DNA of 64,000 bases from Eledone cirrhosa (lineage: Eukaryota), in the NCBI GenBank assembly GCA_964016885.1, contig OZ024740.1:165664001-165728000 (forward strand). The letters run 5' to 3'. A program made the position numbers and the translations under genes. This document shows positions 56,777-64,000 of this stretch, in pieces; positions within the stretch are counted from its first letter, which is position 1, and every line of letters starts with the position of its first letter. The notes beneath the pieces were generated by a model, which saw nothing but the letters and a program-made list of their open reading frames with translations, made no database searches and was not told the origin of the DNA.

Positions 56777-59066
56777 ATGACCTTACGTTGGATTGTTAAG
56801 GATAATTATTACCGGTGTCCTGTAAACATGTCCTCTACCTCGAAATAATATGTGGCTCTAAGAAATGTTCTTGGAACATTTGCATTTAGCATTCAATTAG
56901 TTTAGATGATTGTCCCCTTTAGTTTTAAAATATATTTCTGTAACAGGATGGCACTGTTGATTCAAATGTATCAATGCCTTTCTGAAGGTTGCCCTGTATA
57001 TTCTGAGTTCTAATCCGTCCCAGGTCAACTTTATATTTCATTCTTCAGTGGTTGATAAATTAAAGTACCAATTAATTACTGGGGTCTATATATTCGCTAT
57101 CTTCCTAACAGGCTGTCTTGTGCCTACATTAGAAACCTCTATTAATATCTTTGAGAAATTATATTTGCTTTGCATCAAGCTAGAAGTGAAAGTGACAAAC
57201 TCTACTTGCCAGGAACGGATATTTAGTGTATGGCATACATATAGTGAACAATATAAACCAGACATTGCCTACCAGAACAGTTTTCAGTACAATATGGAGG
57301 TCATTACTTGAATATATTCAGCAGGAACAGGTTCTGAGTTAAAACTGAATCACAACAATAAAAAAGCTAAACATAATGTACATCGAAATGGTTAATTTGC
57401 ATCGAAAGAGTAATGGTTAATTTGTTATTCCTGAAAATTCATATTAATTAGTCTGATGATAATTCCTGGTAACCATATATGTTGAAAATATATTGCCATA
57501 ACACATTTCTTGGAATAGGGATAATTAAATAATGAGGATGTATAACATCGAGATATTGAAACATTTTTATCTAATACTATAGTGTAGTATAGACGCGTAG
57601 TATTACTTCATTATGCAGTTCTACAGTGTGTAACATGATGTAGTTCAACTCCTCTTGTTTCAAGAGGATGAAAGTTAATGTCTTTAGGCTATAAACTTAT
57701 TCCAATATTTCCATAATCACTGGTTGGAATATTCCTCTCCGTTTTACACAATGTAGACTTAACACCATTAAGAAACTAATAGTGCGGTAAGGCGCAATAG
57801 CAGAGTGGATATATTGCCCAATATTTGATTTGTCATTTTATCTGTATCTTGATACGCATGTTACATTGCAGTATTTAGCGTTTAAGAGTGTAATGCACCA
57901 TTAAGAAGTTGGAATATTGGAATATTACTGAAGAATGCCTGGAAAAATGCATCACGAGAACGAAATTATTCTTTACTAAGCCTATACTCTGCTTAAAAGG
58001 GTGATAGGTTAGCAGAATTGTTAGGAATTGGGATAAACATCACGTGGTATTTAAATCTGGCCTTATATGTTCTAGGCTCAAATCCTAATAGTGATGATTA
58101 TGTTTTCATTCTTCTGGGGTCGATATAATATATACCAGTTGAGTACTGATGTTGGTGTGAAAATGTATTTATCAGCACTGAGTGCTTGGATAAATAAGTA
58201 CAAAAGTCACTTGTTAAATAAAATAACAGCATGAACATTGCTGAGTGAGTCATTAATATTTAATTCCCATTAGATTACAATTTAGTCCACTTCTTCCTTA
58301 AGAATAAATTAGAAAAAAAGAAAAATTAACAAGCAATGGGTGTGGCATAAAAAGACGTAATTTATAAATGTAAGTGCAAAAACGAGTGGGTAAAAATGAG
58401 AAGGAAATAGTTAGCTTGCGGGGAAGGGATAGAAGGGATAGACAGAAATATGAGTGCAAATTCCATTTGAACTTGTTTCTTCATTATTACAGTCCAATAA
58501 TTAGATAATGCTTGCTTTTATTTCGCATATTATCGCCACTATCGTAAATGCATTTAAGAAATTACTAATGTTTCATTGTGAAAGTGTGGCAAAAATATTC
58601 TTGATTTGAAATATTCAGTAGAGAAATACAGCAAGTTCTCTGAAGGAATGTAAACTCCAGCGAGCGTCACATTTTCATACCCATTTAAGTTACTATGTAC
58701 AATACACTAACTTCTTCTCGCAAGTTCTGCTTAGCTTGAACAGGCTAAGGTGCTACTCAATGATATTATAAAATTATATTAAGTCGAAATTATCACTAAT
58801 GGCACATCTAAAAAGTAATGAACGACTACGGATAATTTCATTACATATAGAAATAGGGATAGCGGTTATTTCTGGATTCTTAATTTCTAGTCTGTGTTCT
58901 AACTAATTAAGTAGGTGGCGAAATGGAAGTCTTTAGAGCGTCAGATAGAATGCCTTGCGGTAGTTCTCTGCGCCCTGAGATCAAATCTCATCGGGGTCAA
59001 TTTTGTCTTTCATTCTATACGATAAATAAATAGCCAGTAAATTACCGAATTCGAATTCTTTTCACA

Positions 59067-59442
59067 TTCTCTAGATAATTGTTTCTACTTTTGACACAAG
59101 GCCAGCAATTATTCGGTGCTTTATTTTATCGACCCCGTAAGGATGAAAGGCAAAGTTAACCTCGGCGGGATTTGAACTCAGACCGTAAAGCATGGCGTCC
59201 GACTTTGTACCGAAACTGCCAATCCACCGCCCTTTCTCTAGATAATTGTTTCTACTTTAGGCACAAGGCCAGCAATTACCCAGTACATTACTGGTACTTT
59301 ATTTTATCGACCCCGTAAGGATGAAAGGCAAAGTCAACCTCGGCGGGATTTGAACTCAGATCGTAAAGGGACGTAACTATGCTGGAAAGCATGGCGTCCC
59401 CTCTACCGATACTGCCAATCCACCGCCCTTTCTCTAGATAAT
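59067..59442 (-). mobile_element. Tandem SINE dimer delimited by three copies of a 13-bp direct repeat
   Basis: TTCTCTAGATAAT at 59067-59079, 59234-59246 and 59430-59442, with one Meta-like SINE in each interval. Confidence 0.85.
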
Positions 59443-60934
59443 GCCGATAAGATGGTGTTACGCAAAGAATTCTCCAAGGATGACATCGAGAAACTATTTT
59501 CTTATCCTCCCTAGAAAATTTGTGACAAACGCACGGTGCCTGTTAAGAAAACCATCAGACTATTTTCGTCAACTTAGTGGCACTAGGACGGAATTGTCAC
59601 GAAAAGAAATGGTGGCTGGCGTTGACAAAATCATTTATTAAAATACGTATAGAAAGTGCTGTCGGATATTTTAAATATGAAATATCTCTCTTCGGAGAAG
59701 GAATTTCCTGGAAACAAAACTACCACCAGTCCATGAAAAATGATTTTTTTTTTTTTGTTATATTTTTCGAACTTCACAAGAAATATTTACTTGTCACTAG
59801 TGATAATTCTGGGCTCCAAATTATATCAGACTTTGCCTAATCTCATAGGCTGAGTGAATATGTCAGCAAAATAAAAAAAAAAAGATCCTCCTGATTCTCT
59901 TCTTTATTGTTAAGAGCTTTTCGAAGGGTCACATATAAATGAAAATCAGATTTAGATTAATAGCTATTAGAAAATGTTTGTGGTAGAGAGGAAGGAATCA
60001 GTCGACCTTGAATCTGTAACTATGCGGCATCGAACAATGAACCGTAAAGAGTGTTAGCCAGTCTTGTACATACCTTCTGTGTTTAACAGTATTATTCACT
60101 GAAAAGGTGAATGGAGAAAAAATATTTCTGTTCGGTTATTTTGCAAATATATATTTTACATTTACAATTTTCATGTGCTTCATTTTTGTTATATTTCTTT
60201 TGTGCTCCACATCTTTCTGCGTGTATTCTAATAGAAGAAAGATTACTTTAACCGGACATCACTCTCGTAGATGCATTAGAAGTTAGATACGAGTGGTTAA
60301 ATGGCATCCCTCTGTTCGTGAATAATATGAATAATTGGAATAAAGCAATACTTAAATCTTTCGAAGTAGTATGTGTATCCAGATGTTAGTGCGGAATATG
60401 TTTATGTGAGTGTGCGCGTATTTGTGTGTATGAGAGAGAAAGAGAGATATGTGATCTTGTCATAAAAATGACTCTTGTGTAAAAAAATCAACGACACTAT
60501 TTCTGAGAAATAATAACTGGATTAGCTTATGCATGCAAATACACTCATATAAAACAGTGGTTTCATGTATCTTATTTAATTTGAACCGCCTGTATGTAAA
60601 TATGTATGTGTATCTGCATGCATGTTTATCTGAAAAGAATAAAAGTTGGACGATGAAGTATGTTATAGGAAAATAATGACATTTAGAATGTTTTCTAAAG
60701 TGATGATAAAGAGTTATAGAAAGGTCTATTGGAAGGTCATATAGGCTGGAAAGAGAAGGGCTGGAGATAAAAAAACCGTGGTAGGAATGATGGGATAAAA
60801 CAATAAGAGAGATAAGGGAGTTGTGAAATAAGAGACCAAGTGGCAGAAGCAGACACAGAAAGGCTAAAGACGGGAGAAAAATAAAAGGCAATGAGGATGG
60901 ATGCGCACACGCACGCACTCACATACGTATATAC

Positions 60935-60977
<43 letters not shown>

Positions 60978-60991
60978 CATACATAGATTTG

Positions 60992-61088
<97 letters not shown>

Positions 61089-61089
61089 T

Positions 61090-61162
<73 letters not shown>

Positions 61163-61732
61163 GTGTGTGTGTGTGTATTTATGTATATTATATATCGAGA
61201 CGGAGGAGGCGGGTTGACAGTCAGACATACAGATTTTTCAATATATATATTTGTAATATGCATATGGGATAAGAGAGAACCAGCTTGGAGACTGGAAATA
61301 GGAAAGAACTGATAAAATCTAATAGAAGGATAAGGATAACGGAGGTGAAAATGAGAAAAATAAAATACATTTGAGAAATACAAAAAAAATACAGAAGAAG
61401 CTTAATGAAAGAGAAAGGGTGAACGAGCGGAAGAGCAAGAGTAAGAAAGCGATGTAGAAAATAACAGATATCCGGAGGGTGGTGGGTGGATAGGCGATAG
61501 AAATGAAGAGAATGGAATTTGTTATTCCATTAACGCAGCATGAAAGAAACGTATAATCCTAGAGAAAATTATATAAAAAATATAACTGAAAAAAAGAAAA
61601 ATCAAAAGTGGGTTGATGCAAAATTAACGAGATGGAAAATAACGACCGAAAAACCACAAAAACAACAACGGTAGCAGCACAAGCAGCGGCAACAATAATT
61701 CTGTAAACAACAGCACCAGTAGAAGTAGGGTG

Positions 61733-61895
61733 AGGTGATGGTGGTAGTAGTACTAGTAGTAGTGGTGGTGGTGGCAGTGGTGGCGGTGGTAGTAGTGGTA
61801 GTGGTTGTAGTGGTAGTAATGGTGGTGGCACTAGTGGTAGTAGTAGTGGTGGTGGTGGTGGTAGTAGTGGTGATGGTAGTGGTAGTAGTAGCAGC
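61733..61895. repeat. (GTA/GTG)n trinucleotide tract
   Basis: Direct reading. Source of the poly-V/T/P pseudo-ORFs. Confidence 0.9.
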
Positions 61896-62887
61896 AATGA
61901 ACAAAGTTGGGATAAATATGATATTTTGTTTTTAACATAGGAATTTTAGATTTGGGGTTTATGTATTTCCGAAGTATAGTTAAGCAAATGAAGTGAATCA
62001 GATCCAACTGAAATTCAAAAACTAAAGTAACCGTATCTCGTCTTTAATTCACAAAGAATTGTCCTTTGTGATAAATAGATCAAGAACGATAATAGATATT
62101 ATCAAAATTCATTATTTAACAATTTTCATCACCGTTACTTCAATTTTAATAATCCTTCGAGGAAAATACATAAAACTGTGGGTCACTGCACTACATTCTT
62201 GCTAAATCATACTTAGTTTTGTCCATTTTTCTGGTTTCAGCAATTCTGATCATAGTATTTAGTTTCAAACAAAGTAAAAGCACCTATATTACAAGATCAG
62301 ACGCCTATCCCTAGCAGCTCACTTTCCCCACTGAGAAGTCTAAAATTAGTCTTGAAGTCTGCGAATCATGAGTTTCCACTGCTTATACCGGGAAATGTAT
62401 TACCTTCCCACACCTGTTTAAAATAACTATGAGATTTAAGTGAATCATTGACGCCTGGACATTTTTCTGCTGTTTCAAAAAAACTCCAACATCCACGATT
62501 TGTTCATTAGTATTAATAATATGAAAAATGTTCAAGGGAAGAAATGTGGATATCTTTCCTAAAACATTCAATATTTGTGATGCTAGTGAATAGCAATGAA
62601 TTCTTGAGCATTGTATTTAAATCACAAAGAATTTATCACATCACCTGTTAGATAGAAACAACGATGTCAGCTATAAGATTGAAAATATTAATAAAACTAC
62701 AAAACAATAAATATTGAGTATAACATTGATGACAACAACATCTCAAATCGAGCATCATATCAAGTATTATGGAAGAGTAATTTTTGTCTTGCCAAGGAAC
62801 CCTAAAACGACAGCTGCATTGGTATAATGTACTCAACGACCCAAGATATAAAAGAGTAAAATGCTGTTCGACAACTACACATTAAAT

Positions 62888-63071
62888 AATTGTTTCTACT
62901 TTTGGCACAAGGCCAGAAATTACCCAGTGCATTACTGGTACTTTATTTTATCGACCCCGTAAGGATGAAAGGCAAAGTTAATATTGGCGGGATATGAACT
63001 TAGAATGGCAAGGGCCGTAACTCTATTCGTCAAAGCATGGTGTCCGAGCCTCTACCGATACTGCCAATCCA
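62888..63071 (-). mobile_element. tRNA-derived SINE (Meta-like), full length
   Basis: AATTGTTTCTACTTTTGGCACAAGGCC...TTTTATCGACCCCGTAAGGATGAAAGGC...CTCTACCGATACTGCCAATCCA. Confidence 0.8.
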
Positions 63072-64000
63072 AATGACAGCAATAAGGATTTCATACATAA
63101 TATGAACATTTGAATATAACATGAAAACAACTTGCGTTGTTATGATGTTCATGCTTTCGCAAATGTATTAGTAGCATAAATTGAATGGTTTCTTTTGAAA
63201 ATCAAAATTGGTGACGGATAATTTATTTTGACATAAAAATATCTATATAAAAATTAGTAAACAATAGAAAAGAATCTGTTCATACACTTTATTTATCAGT
63301 CTATCTGTTTATCTATTCAACGATAATGAGCGTACCACTGTTGTATCCTCTTGCTATAGGTGATGATGGCTATGTTGATAATGATAATCCGTTATTGGAA
63401 TGCTAGTGTGTGTAAGGGGAGGCAATTTATTTCGTTTTTACAGCATTCTAATGCTGAGGTAATCCTACCATTAAACTGACAACATACAGCACATAGGCAC
63501 ATACATGCCCAGTTTTTCTCATAGACACAAAACATTGACACACAATAAAACGAAACCCCCTAAAGAAACCCGAAAATAACTAGAAAAGATTCCCGCATTC
63601 CTTTTTGTATTGATCCAATGTGAAGGCAACCCCTAAATAGGACTAGAACTTGAAAAGTGCCGCTGCCATAAAACAGTAGTCTTTCTCAATGGTCCATTGC
63701 AAAGAATATTCTATTGCATTTTTTCTTCCGTTTTTCTCACTCGCCCCACTCTTTTTGTGACTGTTCATCAAAAGATTGCTCGAGGTGGCATTTTACCGCT
63801 TAGTGTTGGCGTTCCTTCTCTTGAGTTAATATTATCGAGTTGAGGCTCACTTGTTTTCTTTATTATTGTTGGACCGAACAAATATCACGGTTATTATCAA
63901 CGACTTAGTCATACTGACTCTCTTGGCATCGTTTTAACTTCGGGACAAAATAGATACTGATTGTGAGATAAGCAGCGTATTTGAATAGACAAGATTTAAG

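Noticed and set aside
61559-61935. Poly-Pro, poly-Thr and poly-Val ORFs
   Set aside because: Translations of a (GTA/GTG)n trinucleotide tract.

Overview
Eukaryotic, AT-rich, repeat-dominated genomic DNA. The repeat repertoire suggests an animal, most likely an octopod cephalopod (inference only). No intact multi-exon gene or autonomous transposon is visible, and nearly all long ORFs in the track are translations of (TA)n/(TG)n microsatellites. Positions ~1-40.4 kb form a mosaic of long TA-based microsatellites interleaved with short inserts. Positions ~40.4-64 kb are older, decayed non-coding DNA with scattered SINEs. Recognisable relics are an RTE-type LINE, two CR1/L2-group LINE 3' fragments, a CRE-clade restriction-like endonuclease fragment, an internally deleted mariner, a Helitron-like end and two or three tRNA-SINE families. 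The main signal is a dense set of type I hammerhead ribozyme (HHR) motifs from many unrelated sequence families, read by eye and not folded computationally. Most sit in short non-coding fold-back cassettes of the form (TA)n - inverted arm with outward HHR - hairpin/spacer - arm with outward HHR - unique tail - (TA)n. These resemble Penelope-like element (PLE) pseudo-LTRs reduced to non-autonomous, microsatellite-embedded units. Several carry non-canonical cores (CUAAUGA, CCGANGA) while their stems remain intact. Two weak candidate first coding exons (17391-17436 and 45584-45630) are also noted.
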